A DNA stretch of 63,350 bases, filler included, from Lenisia limosa (lineage: Eukaryota; Protista; Breviatea), in NCBI GenBank assembly GCA_001655205.1. It is 21 parts of 21 records of this genome, joined end to end, with 100 filler letters (N's around TTAATTAATTAA, not from the genome) between each part and the next. Parts side by side here need not be neighbours in the genome. Positions count along the whole stretch, not along the records: positions 9,475 to 15,429 come from LPNZ01006667.1; positions 15,530 to 17,173 come from LPNZ01009803.1; positions 17,274 to 21,337 come from LPNZ01011079.1; positions 21,438 to 23,633 come from LPNZ01006706.1; positions 23,734 to 26,256 come from LPNZ01001612.1; 16 more parts are not named here. The stretch is one strand, 5' to 3'. A program made the position numbers and the translations under genes. Below are positions 12,431 to 24,160 of the stretch, in pieces. Each line of letters begins with the position of its first letter. Position 1 is the first letter of the stretch. The notes beneath the pieces are model-generated. The model was not told the DNA's origin. It saw only the letters and a list, made by a program, of their open reading frames with translations, and searched no databases.

Positions 12431-14660
12431 NAAATCTAAATCATACTCTGACTCCTTCAGGGGCAAACTCAAAATGCCCGTATGCCACTTCTACGTTGAG
12501 TGCAAACATCAGTCCGGTTGACAAGGACCTTGTATGTTGAGGGCGGGTAATACTGTTGAGTGACTTTTGGAATCGAGAGGGAGGTTGTGTTGTTCTTGGA
12601 AATCAGCGTGCGGCCTTATATGGAGGGAGGGGCGGTTGAATTTGGAAGGAATGATCTTGGAACGGGGGGAAGGAGGACTGGGTATCCTTATGTAGGGGTT
12701 TTAGTGTTACATTCAGACTGCTGAGTAATAGAGTTCAAGTGTACTTGGGTGGAGCTTTTCCAGTGATATCATTTTACACACCCATAACTTTTCCTANNNN
12801 NNNNNNNNNNNNNNNNNNNNNNNNNNNNNNNNNNNNNNNNNNNNNNNNNNNNNNNNNNNNNNNNNNNNNNNNNNNNNNNNNNNNNNNNNNNNNNNNNNCT
12901 TTATTTGTTTTGTTGTACCTTGTATGTTCCCCAAATGCTAGCCAACTGAGTTGATTCTGATTTTTGTTTTGTTTCATAAATTTTCCTTTTTCCTTTTTTT
13001 TTCTCCCCTCCTTCCCACTGTATATCATATGAAACCAGAGGTCCGTAGAGACATCATTTGAGTGGCTTTACTGGAGTGGTGGTTGCAATTCTCCACAGAT
13101 GTGAAAAAATCTGACAGAAACTGTAACTTCTCGATCAACGCTCAATATCGCTATTTGGTGTCAATTAAAGGCTGTGTCTGCCTTATTTTATGACTTTTTT
13201 CTCAAAAGTATCCAATTTTTATCTCAGCTTAACATGGTAGGAAAGAGCTCTCGCAGATGAAAGGGTCAGGGAAGCCGTACTTGCTAAGTTGGAAGTCATA
13301 TCCACCCAAATTGCTGCGCTACAGGCCAAAGCCAAGAGAGTGGGGGTAGGGACTTCTCAAACTCCTGAGAGAATATTCAGCTGGATTTTATAACTTTGGG
13401 AGGGTCTTTGAGGAGTACTTTTGAACTGTTCTCTTCTCCATGAATCTAATCTGTGTGGAAGTAGCTATGTGAAAGCTGTAATCCGAGTTGCATAGGTTGG
13501 GTGCAATTATATAATGAATACTTTACCCTGGTTGACAATTTATTATAATCTAGGTTGTACTTTAATCAATCATAAGTTTTTTTAACATGCCTACCGATCA
13601 GTCTAGTAGACATCTTAATTCAGATTTTGGCGATTTTAACCAAATTCAGCAAACTCTGCTAGCATAATGAACCTGGTTTGGATACAAGCCATAACCGTCT
13701 AGATTGTGAAAGAAGCGCAGCGGGATGCCGCCATTCACCGAGCAAAGTCCAACATGCCGCTCAGACCCGGACACATGTACCACCTTTATTCAACTGGTTT
13801 GTAGACCGTTATTATCACAATTGTTTCAAAATATTCATGGGGCTCTGGTCCAGTTGGGTGGAGTGGCGGGGGCATAATTGTTGTAGAATCTCATTCACTT
13901 TCAGAGTCTGGAGAAAGCACGCTATCAATGCTGTCACCTAAAGAATGGAGAAAGTTGGAGGAACTTATTTCATTTACAAACATTGGGCTTTTTGATGCTT
14001 GGGCACATGATATTAGTAAGACTATCAAACTTAGATAAAATATATTTTTGGATGTGATTCTCACTTTAAATCTGGATGATCACTTGTTGAATATATACAT
14101 GTATATTTTTTAAGATGTAAATTTCACTCAATCTTGTGTTGTTTATTTTCACTCTGTATATGAGCAGCAATATTATTTGGGTCATTTTACATGTATTTTT
14201 CTTGAATAATCTTCCTAGTTACGTGTAAGTTGTGTTAATATTTTGGATCTACAGTATTGCTAAAATGTTGACGGCAAAGAACATTCTAGAATGGAAGTAT
14301 GAGAGTTTTCCAGGAAAACAGCGAGGCCATTTTCCTGAAAAACTCAATTTCTAAGAATTTTGGTGGTCTCCTATCCGTTAGCTTGTTTCAGGATGTGAAG
14401 GTTACAGGGTTGATTTTTGGGGGTTTATGTTTCATAACGGTTCACTCTGCAGCTGTCCGCATGAGTTCGTTGCGTCGTATCGTCTTGAGGCGGATAGGTC
14501 ATGGACTGAGGTAATGCAGCGTCATTCTTTTTTCTGATGAAATTGATGGGTAATAAGTAATGTTGCGTGTGATATTACTTTGACTTATGTTTCTCAGTCC
14601 GAGGACCTAGACGAGCAAGACAGTAGGTTGCAGCGAATCTTAGCCAATCTTGGTAAGAGG
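12431..14660 (+). CDS. Multi-exon hypothetical protein with coiled-coil-like segment
   Basis: Splice-bounded open segments ERALADERVREAVLAKLEVISTQIAALQAKAKR (~13240-13340), IVKEAQRDAAIHRAK (~13705-13775), CPHEFVASYRLEADRSWTE (~14455-14510), SEDLDEQDSRLQRILANL (~14597-14650). No family recognised. Confidence 0.45.
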
Positions 14661-15283
14661 CTTTTAATGTCATCATTCGCCTTGTTTCAAAACCCCATTG
14701 TGTCATTGGGGGGGGGGGGTATCATCAGAAACCAAGTTACAGTTGAAATTCACTTCTACCTATTGTATGGAATCAGAAAACTGATGTTTATATTCTAGGG
14801 TCTTCAATTGGTGGAGATATTTTGTCAATTGCAAACTAACATGGTACTCTTATTCGATACTGTCCCACACTAAGTTATGTGCTATGGCTCGTCAAAAGCG
14901 TTGTGTTGTACATTTCAATTTGAAGAGATATTGGCATTTCTATTTCTGTTACAAGCTTACCAATGGCAAGCAAACAAAAAGCACAATTCAATTTAATGAG
15001 TAAAATACTGCCAATATGATATTATTAGACAAGGGGGAACTTAGGGGGCTGTGTATTCTCAACACCATATTCATTTCTAACTCCCCCAACTGCAACATGC
15101 ATCAATTCTTGCCCCTTCTCTTTTGTTTCTCTGTTTCCCTTTTTGTAGAAAAGAACAATTGAAATCTTGTCGAAATCAAAATACAACATTGCTCCTATAT
15201 GTCCCCTTGGCTTATGAGAGCAAAAGCACTGTTGAAAGGAAAACAGACTAATATACATGAAACATTGATAAACCTGTCCGACA

Positions 15284-15415
15284 CTAATACGCCCGGATTC
15301 TCCTGACGGTATTCTTGTTCTCGACCCTCAGCTCTCCCGCCACACACATGCCGCGGATGGTGCCGGCAATTTCGTCCGAAGAATGCCCGCGGGACTGAAG
15401 ATGCTTTCGGAGGTT
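15284..15415 (-). CDS. Terminal exon, winged-helix-like C-terminus (possibly MCM-type)
   Basis: C-tract-AG acceptor, then NLRKHLQSRGHSSDEIAGTIRGMCVAGELRVENKNTVRRIRAY*. Family assignment is only a resemblance. Confidence 0.4.
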   Translation of the reverse strand, partial: NLRKHLQSRGHSSDEIAGTIRGMCVAGELRVENKNTVRRIRAY

Positions 15416-15913
15416 CTGGGGGGGGGGGGNNNNNNNNNNNNNNNNNNNNNNNNNNNNNNNNNNNNNNNNNNNNTTAATTAATTAANNNNNNNNNNNNNNN
15501 NNNNNNNNNNNNNNNNNNNNNNNNNNNNNCGAGGGTTGATAACAACAAAGGGGGGGGGAGGGTAAAATTCAATTTTGAAGTAATGAGCAAAAGAGAGAAA
15601 TCCTGAGGAGGGGGGGAGTAAAATGGAAAACAAAAAAAAAGAGCCCAAAATCAATTCTGTTGGCTGACAACACACAAAAAAAGGCCAGTCGCTACCGCAT
15701 GCTACCATGAAAGGAGAGGGATATATGAATCGGTGCTATATGGGCTCCGTGAAATTAATTGAAAAAATAATTTCAAAATTTGAGTGAGACATTGTGTTAC
15801 CAGAACCTCATTTCAGACACTTTAATTGATTATAATGAATGTATTTCCTCAAAAAATTAATTGCACGGAGCCAAAGTTCTAAGGCAAAAAATGGTCGCTA
15901 ACCGCCACTTTTC

Positions 15914-16038
15914 TCTTCCACCTTGCCCTCTCCACCTTGCCCTTGTCCACGACTAATCGCTCACCTTTCTCTTCCACCTTGCCCTTGTCCATGACTAATC
16001 GCTCACCTTTCTCTACCACCTTGCCCTTGTCCATAACG
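15914..16038. repeat. 42-bp tandem repeat spanning the ABC exon end and donor
   Basis: Minus-strand unit GTCATGGACAAGGGCAAGGTGGAAGAGAAAG|GTGAGCGATTA, two full copies plus partials. Confidence 0.9.
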
Positions 16039-16087
16039 AGGATTTGGTCAGCATGGACGACAGTCGACAGGCGATGCGCAATAAACA
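16007..16087 (-). CDS. ABC transporter (ABCB-like) nucleotide-binding domain exon
   Basis: [28 protein letters not shown], the H-loop signature, between CAG and GTGAG. Confidence 0.85.
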
Positions 16088-17567
16088 CTGTGGAAGTCAG
16101 GAAATTGAGTCCATTAAGGTTCCACTCAGTTGGGAAATTGAGTCCATATGTCACTGTATGAATTTCAAGATTATAGTCGATCTGTCAAGAGAGGCGAAAA
16201 GGAAAACGGAGTAATAGGTAATGTGATATAGCTTTCTAACACGGTAGAGACTGAGAGAGGGTTTTTTGATACTAGATTGTCAAAAGACAAAAGGATATAC
16301 TATTTAGAAATCGGAGGGGTATAAAATACGTATTATCCCAGACAAAGGTAAAAGGCCACCCCCCCCCCAAACCAGTTGTTCGGNNNNNNNNNNNNNNNNN
16401 NNNNNNNNNNNNNNNNNNNNNNNNNNNNNNNNNNNNNNNNNNNNNNNNNNNNNNNNNNNNNNNNNNNNNNNNNNNNNNNNNAGATAGGGATTCTGGGGGG
16501 GGGGGGTAATTGGACAAATTACGAAAAAAATAACAAAAAAAAAAGCCCGAAATCAACTCTGTTGCTAACATCACACGAGGGTTGAGAACAACAAAACAAA
16601 CACAGTCGCTTCTGCAGCACCGCAACCCATCAAAATCACGTAAAAATGGTCCATTTGTAATAAATTTAAGAGCAAACAAGATATTTTGGTGGTGAAAGAA
16701 ACCACACACCTAGGGCTTCCTTGTGGTCCCAAAGAAGACTGAATATTTCGATAAAATCTCGATAAATCCTCGATAAATTTCGATTTTTTACCAGTCTTTT
16801 TCAGACCTTAGGAAATACCAATACCCCCCCCCCCCCCCNNNNNNNNNNNNNNNNNNNNNNNNNNNNNNNNNNNNNNNNNNNNNNNNNNNNNNNNNNNNNN
16901 NNNNNNNNNNNNNNNNNNNNNNNNNNNNNNNNNNNNNNNNNNNNNNNNNNNNNNNNNNNNNNNNNNNNNNNNCCGACAATGGAGTCGTACTATGTGCGTG
17001 AGGAGGGGGGTGCACTGCAATTGATATGCGTGAAGGTGGATGGATTACATTGCATCTTATAAGAATGTTGGCGTTAAAGGTACTCATCACAAACCGAATA
17101 ACTGAAACTCCAAACAAACAAAACAAAACAAGTAAAAAACAAACACGAGCAACCAACGTAATGAGGCATATGCNNNNNNNNNNNNNNNNNNNNNNNNNNN
17201 NNNNNNNNNNNNNNNNNTTAATTAATTAANNNNNNNNNNNNNNNNNNNNNNNNNNNNNNNNNNNNNNNNNNNNTAATTATTATATATCATATCATATATG
17301 ACGATGTGTATATTTTCCAGCATATATACTATGATATTTTTTAAAAAACCCCATGAATAAGGGTGAAACTGCATGAATACCAAAAGCCCTCCATAAAAAC
17401 CCCCATGATTATCAAATCTCCCATTAGTGTCAGAAAAACACGGGACTTACCGGATCGTAATCGGGAACTTCTCTGGCTCGGAAGACAGCCCTGCATGTCA
17501 TTTAACACAAGGGATTCACTTCGGTTCAAAAAAAATATCGACAAATATCGATATTGCATCAGCCCAC

Positions 17568-20500
17568 TGTTCAGGGGTTTGCGGCTTGAGTTTCGGGCGG
17601 GGTGAGGGGTCATGCGAAAAGTCAAAGCCCTCGGGTATAGTGGCTGGCTTGGGGGGGACGGTCTAGGGGCAGGGTAAAATAGGAAAATTTATGAAACAAC
17701 AAAACAAAAAAAGCCCAAAATCAGTAAAATTGTGAAAATTATGAAACAAATAAGTCCAAATCAACTCTGTTGGCTAACAACACACAAGGGTTGGTAACAA
17801 TAAAACAAACAAAGCCGAGCCCAGTCGCATCTGCAGCACCGCATCCCATCACTCGGGAGGGGTGGGGTCAGTATTCATAATTTCCTTCGGTTAACACCTA
17901 AACGCCTGCATCTAGATATCCGCCCACCTTGACGCCGAGAGAGCCATTACTCAACATCACTGCAGGGTCCAGCTTTGTGGCCTGGAAGTCTGCCTTGGCT
18001 GCCTCCTCCTCGTCTATTTCGAACTTGGGGGGGGGGGGGGGNNNNNNNNNNNNNNNNNNNNNNNNNNNNNNNNNNNNNNNNNNNNNNNNNNNNNNNNNNN
18101 NNNNNNNNNNNNNNNNNNNNNNNNNNNNNNNNNNNNNNNNNNNNNNNNNNNNNNNNNNNNATCCAATGCTTCCCCCCCTTTCAAAAGAAAATATCCCTTC
18201 TCCCCAAATAATACCTGGGACTTCACGCGCGCGGCGCGTTTACGCTCAGACGTAGCCAAGTGAGGCGTAGTGGCAACTGTGGGGGTGGTGTGTCGCGATT
18301 TCGGTACGGGTCTGCGGGGTAAGCGCGGGGCAAGTTGTCAAGAAGGTTGCCTTATTTAGTAGGTGGGCCCTTCCCTATTTGGTAGTTGCCTATTTTGACC
18401 TACGATCCGTTTCTGAACGAGTCGACAACTCTCTGCACCCTCTCGGAGAGGGGGATATATGGCGATGATGTTTCTGGGTGATGAGACCATGTTGGAACTT
18501 TGGCTTCACTTTGGTTCGAAAAAAGACTGAATTTCTCGATAAATTCTCGAAAACTATCGATATTTTAAAAGTTTTTTGTATGGAGAAGAGATATTGGGTT
18601 ATAGTTCAATTAATTCACCCAATCATTTGCCTTACACCTCAGACAAATGGTGATTCCACATACAGTGAACAGAATAAGTCTTGACCGAGACTTATCCTGG
18701 TCACTGTAGAGATGAGGAATAAAACAAGGCTATTTCTTCATACTTGGAGGGGATCCTCATAGTTAAATAGAGTTGAGGAATAAAACAAGCCTCATACTTG
18801 GAGGAGATGTGGAGCGGTGGAGGTTGAATTCTTGCGGCACTGTTCGCTTAATGGCTCTCTACACAATGTTAAGATGACATATTTTCATGCAATGTACGGT
18901 ATTTTCCTATAAGAAAACACGAGTTTGATGATAATGTAAAAATACACTTGCTTAATAGCACTCAAGACAATTAATTTATAGCAATGAGAAATAAAAATAA
19001 GGATGTATCTGGCCGAAGCCGTCACCACCATCATGCTAATAAGAAATATTGGATATGATAGTANNNNNNNNNNNNNTTCGGGGGAGGGTATTCTCATATA
19101 ACGGCAGAGAGGATGTATAATCTAGAGAATATAAAGATAAGCTCTCTTGACATTGTCAAGGGAGATTTTTCTGTTATGAAAGGACACGAAGGAGGTATTT
19201 TCCAGTTTCCACGAACCTCCTGCAGGGCGTAATTGCGCAATTGAAGCGCGTAGCGCGCGGCCTTCTCTTGTGCTGGAGTCTGGCTGGGGAGGGAGTAAAT
19301 AACATGGGGGTTGGTGGAAATATTATGAATGTACCAAAAATAACTGCACAGAATGTTCCGTAATAACTCATTCTAGATTAAAAAAATAATAGAAAGATCA
19401 ACTGACACAATCTACCAGTAGCCATATCTTGGATAAAAACACACAAAAAAATAAGCTGACAACTAGGGCTGAAAAAATGCTTAATTTTTCGATAAATTCT
19501 CGAAATCCATTGATTGTTTACCAGTCATTTTCGGGGCGAAGTGAAACTCGACATAACCAACCAATCACCCATATCTTGGATAAAAAGATTAGNNNNNNNN
19601 NNNNNNNNNNNNNNNNNNNNNNNNNNNNNNNNNNNNNNNNNNNNNNNNNNNNNNNNNNNNNNNNNNNNNNNNNNNNNNNNNNNNNNNNNNNNNNNNNNNN
19701 TGTGGAGCGTTGGAGTTGGCACGACTCGCCGTCCTCAATTGCGGGGTGCTAGGCTCTGTTAGCGGCTTTTCGGAGCGTACGGTCGAGTAGCTTGCCGAGC
19801 CATGAAGTACCTAAATATTGGTAACAATTGTAAATATAGAAATAGAGTACTATAATCCTATACTATTGTCAAGCACTTACTCCCCACTCTATCAAGCTTA
19901 AAAGCGCCTTTTACCCCTCTCCCACTCTATTAAGCGTTACAATCGCCGTTTACACCCGTTATCAACCCTCNNNNNNNNNNNNNNNNNNNNNNNNNNNNNN
20001 NNNNNNNNNNNNNNNNNNNNNNNNNNNNNNNNNNNNNNNNNNNNNNNNNNNNNNNNNNNNNNNNNNNNNNNNNNNNNNNNNNNNNNNNNNNNNNNNNNNN
20101 NNNNNNNNNNNNNNNNNNNNNNNNNNNNCGGCTCTTTGCTGCTTGATTTCAGCCAATTCACGCTCTTCTGAGGATAGGCCCTTTTTAGGCTTGGTAATCT
20201 AGGTATGTGTGAGGGGAGGGGGTGGAATGTGCAATTGCTATTTTAGGCTTGGTAATCAAGGTATGAAACAAATGAGAGTAAAAAGCAAGGAGGGGGGGGG
20301 GGGGGNNNNNNNNNNNNNNNNNNNNNNNNNNNNNNNNNNNNNNNNNNNNNNNNNNNNNNNNNNNNNNNNNNNNNNNNNNNNNNNNNNNNNNNNNNNNNNN
20401 NNNNNNNNNNNNNNNNNNNNNNNNNNNNNNNNNNNNNNNNNNNNNNNNNNNNNNNNNNNNNNNNNNNNNNNNNNNNNTTATAATTATCATTCTCAACTAG

Positions 20501-21337
20501 GACTTCACTTTGGTTCGAAAAAGACTGAGATAAAAATATCGATATTTATCGAAGATTTATCGAGAAATTCAGGAAAGCCCTATTCCCAACCCCCATATTC
20601 TCACCGGCATCGAAAATTGAATAGCAGAATCTATACCCCATGCTCACCACAGATCGGGTCCGGGTCGGGGCTACCGTCTGGGCAACAGGCTTCTTACGCA
20701 AAAACTCGCGCGGACGCACACTAGGCGTTTTCGCCACCACATTCCTGGTTTTGGGGACCCCCGGAGTCCGAAGGGCAATTTTCGGCTTGGTAGCGGGCTT
20801 GACTGTGGTGCGCGGTGCGTTGACGTGGACTTTACGCGCCTTAGACGCGGGCGCCACAGTTTGGGGTACCCGGGTGGCCTTAGGGCGAGATCTGAGGAAT
20901 TAAATGAGGGCCTTTTCAAAATAGGTAGGACTTCAGGAGATGACTTTCCACAAAAGGCATATAACAAAGCTTCAAAAGACAAGGAAAGAATATTTTTATA
21001 TTAATGAGAAGTATATATGCATATATAAAAAAAGGTTGTATCTGGCCGNNNNNNNNNNNNNNNNNNNNNNNNNNNNNNNNNNNNNNNNNNNNNNNNNNNN
21101 NNNNNNNNNNNNNNNNNNCCTTCTTGAAGGGTAACAGAAAGTGAACCTCAAATAGGCTGGAATCTAATACACAATCGAAAATTGACTCTCTGATTACCAT
21201 CATAAGTAAACCATCCTGCCTACATATTCGCAGCAGGGGTCTGGAGCTTCACTCGTCGCTTCTCCCTCAGGGCTCGAGTTGAGGCTGATGTGGACTTATT
21301 AAATAGCTTCTCGGGGGTGCGGAAGTGCTTCGGAAGC
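17568..21337 (-). CDS. TPX2: TPX2-like spindle assembly factor (internal part)
   Basis: Exons 18215-18276, 17928-18023 and 17568-17662 give TTPHLATSERKRAARVKSQFEIDEEEAAKADFQATKLDPAVM...KPATIPEGFDF, matching the TPX2 pattern TP.L.T..R...KS..E.E.EE...FKA..LDP...T.P.GF. Basic Pro/Thr-rich exons lie at ~20150-20190, ~20640-20880 and ~21230-21337. Confidence 0.7.
17665..17853 (-). repeat. Dispersed intronic repeat family B (most complete copy)
   Basis: Sense-strand consensus GAGTGATGGGATGCGGTGCTGCAG...GCTTTGTTTGTTTTGTTGTTATCAACCCTCGTGTGTTGTCAGCCAACAGAGTTGATTTTGGGCTTTTTTTGTTTCATAAATTTTCCAATTTTAC(C)n. About 25 full or partial copies, e.g. 1355, 1560, 3020, 6140, 6590, 7045, 9345, 12930, 15530, 16500, 26360, 29735, 31968, 34330, 35135, 36560, 51600, 55530, 56580, 60580 and 61070. 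Confidence 0.9.
18661..18708. mobile_element. Tc1/mariner-type mini-MITE family D (TA-CAGTG...CACTG-TA)
   Basis: Near-palindrome TACAGTGAACAGAATAAGTC...GACTTATCCTGGTCACTGTA. Related copies at 5110-5188 and 58934-58998. Confidence 0.7.
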
Positions 21338-21599
21338 NNNNNNNNNNNNNNNNNNNNNNNNNNNNNNNNNNNNNNNNNNNNTTAATTAATTAANNNNNNN
21401 NNNNNNNNNNNNNNNNNNNNNNNNNNNNNNNNNNNNNACTCCAGACGAAGGAAAACGTAAGATATAAAACAAAACCGGGATCAACTCTGCTGGCTCAAGA
21501 TTTGAACGTAAAAGAAGGGAAATTCATGTGGAGGCATGATTAAAATGAAAAAAGAAAGAAAAAGTTTCATTGTAGCACAGATCTTGCCCCCACCAAGGG

Positions 21600-23633
21600 C
21601 TCATCCCGAGAGACGGTGGCGACAGCAACAACCTCAACGATCATGTCGCATATAGACGGGTTTCCAAGCTGAGGAGTTATCATTAAATTCGCGACCTTCT
21701 GTGAAAGAGAGAATTTTCATTTGAGATGCCATCTCAAAAGGTTCAACACAAGAGTATATTTTGAGTTTACATTGGGTTTGTAACACTTTCACACTAATAT
21801 TCATCGAAATCCCCCCCCCCCCCCNNNNNNNNNNNNNNNNNNNNNNNNNNNNNNNNNNNNNNNNNNNNNNNNNNNNNNNNNNNNNNNNNNNNNNNNNNNN
21901 NNNNNNNNNNNNNNNNNNNNNNNNNNNNNNNNNNNNNNNNNNNNNNNNNNNNNNNNNNNNNNNNNNNNNNNNNNNNNNNNNNNNNNNNNNNNNNNNNNNN
22001 NNNNNNNNNNNTGTCTATCCCGTGCTATCAGCCCCATGTACCTTTGCACAGCTGCTTGAATCTTGAGGGCCCAGCCAGGTCCAAACTCTCTTCTCCATAT
22101 TCACACTCACTGTCAGTCTGGACGGTCGAAACCTCTTCGGTCACTACAACAGAATAAGAAGGAGGTGTGAGGAAATGGGAAACGGTTCCGTATAAGGTCC
22201 AAAATGGAAAAAAAACGAAGACCTCAATGGCTATGTGTTGAACAACCATTCATTTCTAAACTAAAACACCTTGAAAACGGTGAATACTCTCCACTCTGTC
22301 ACGTTCCTGCCACCAAAATACCTTGTGGAGCGGGAGATGTCTCAGTCATGCCATTAATGAGGTCAAGACGAGCGTGGTGCGCCCGTACGGCGGTTTCCAC
22401 TGCTAATGACAGAGGGTGGATGCGGACTATGCGTGGCCTGATTGGGATAAAGCGTGGAAATTAAAGAAATGAAGAACCTGTTAAGGGTAGCGATATTGAT
22501 ATTGAGTTTTAATTACTCCTAAGTCTGTAATAATATTGGAAGGGGGTGAAAAATTTATGCTGTTAACATGACATTCTCCAAAACTGAGAGCCTCAGTCTT
22601 GTGGGTCCTATCGCCTCTCACGCAGGGTTGGCGGCAGGATCAGGTGACCGTAAATGAAGCACTACTGTCGAGAACCTGGGGTTGGCTTCCACCATCGTCT
22701 TCACGATCGCCAGATCACCTGGGGAGGTAATATTATATCTCTGAACTATGAATGTGCAAAACGCTTTGGCTGTTATGTCAAAAACATAATCGATTGAAAT
22801 GTGCCTTTTGTTTGAAATTCAAAATCCACATGAACGGCAATAAAACTCAGAAAAAGAATCAGTTATACTCACAATATTGAACCCTCTCTCTACCCTCAAA
22901 CCAGTGTCAATAGCAATGAAACTGAGGGGAACGGGGCCGACCTAAACCCCATTACTATTTCTTCAAAACATACAAGTCCAAAAGGTGCCTTCTATGGCCT
23001 TAATAGTTTGAAACCTATTCGATATATTATCAATATGATATGAAGTACAATCAGGAAATATGATGACAAAACTAATCTTGATGTTTGTTAGTCGCCTTAT
23101 TTCAAACAAATAAAGATACCCCCCCCCCTCACAAGAGGTACAGTAATCCCAATGCTATCCACGATCATTGGATGCTCTGTGAGAATTCGCCTAAATTGTC
23201 AATTGTCATTGCTCTCGTAGGCTCGCCAAAACAAATGAGGCAATGCTCCTCAACCAAGACTGTAACACCATTTAGCCTACTTTAGCCTCTTGATTTGCTT
23301 ATGCTTCATACACCACAAGGCTTGATGAACAGCAAGTCTAACGGGGATAAATACAAAAAGGGAGACACGAAGCATTGTTCACTCAAAAAACAGATCATTA
23401 ACATCATAACTTGAAGAATCCTAAAGGATGAAGTTCCTGATTCTAATCCATAAGCAACAGTCTACCTCATATTCTGATATAAACAACAACACATTGGATA
23501 CTGTTGGGATGGCTCAACCATCTCCGCCAACCTCTCAGCAGGCTCAACCATCTCCCAGGCCAGAGGGGTCCATTCCTTGACACTCCCATTGGACAGGGAG
23601 GCAGGAGCACTATTGGACCTTTGCCGGTAGTAT
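21600..23633 (-). CDS. Multi-exon hypothetical protein (partial)
   Basis: Splice-bounded exons LGNPSICDMIVEVVAVATV, VTEEVSTVQTDSECEYGEESLDL, AVETAVRAHHARLDLING, GDLAIVKTMVEANPRFSTVVLHL. No family recognised. Confidence 0.45.
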
Positions 23634-24160
23634 NNNNNNNNNNNNNNNNNNNNNNNNNNNNNNNNNNNNNNNNNNNNTTAATTAATTAANNNNNNNNNNN
23701 NNNNNNNNNNNNNNNNNNNNNNNNNNNNNNNNNTTCGTATTTGTCTCAACTAAGCCACGAGAATTGGCAATGTATTGTTGGCGTTTTAAATTTTAAGTTC
23801 TTTTTTTGTTCCTATGCATCTAGCTTGCTTCAACACTTAATAGACCGACCTGGGTTGGTGTTTGGATCTGCCTTGCTCTTTCCGTTGCTTCTCCGGACGG
23901 GTATTGACAAAGCTACGTCAGTTTGTCAATCGGAGAACGTCGAACTTTTGATGATCCCTTACGCTGTTGACTGGTTTGATGGGTTGAAATTAGCCCCCCG
24001 GGGGTTGGGGGTTTTGTTTTGTCGTTAGTTATTCACCCATGGTCAACTAATATATCCAATGAGTGTTATTTTTTTATTTTTTTCATTCGCCTTTTTTTTT
24101 TTTGTTTTTTTGTATTTGTCTCAAATTATCTACCTCAATATCATTGTACACATATAGGAC

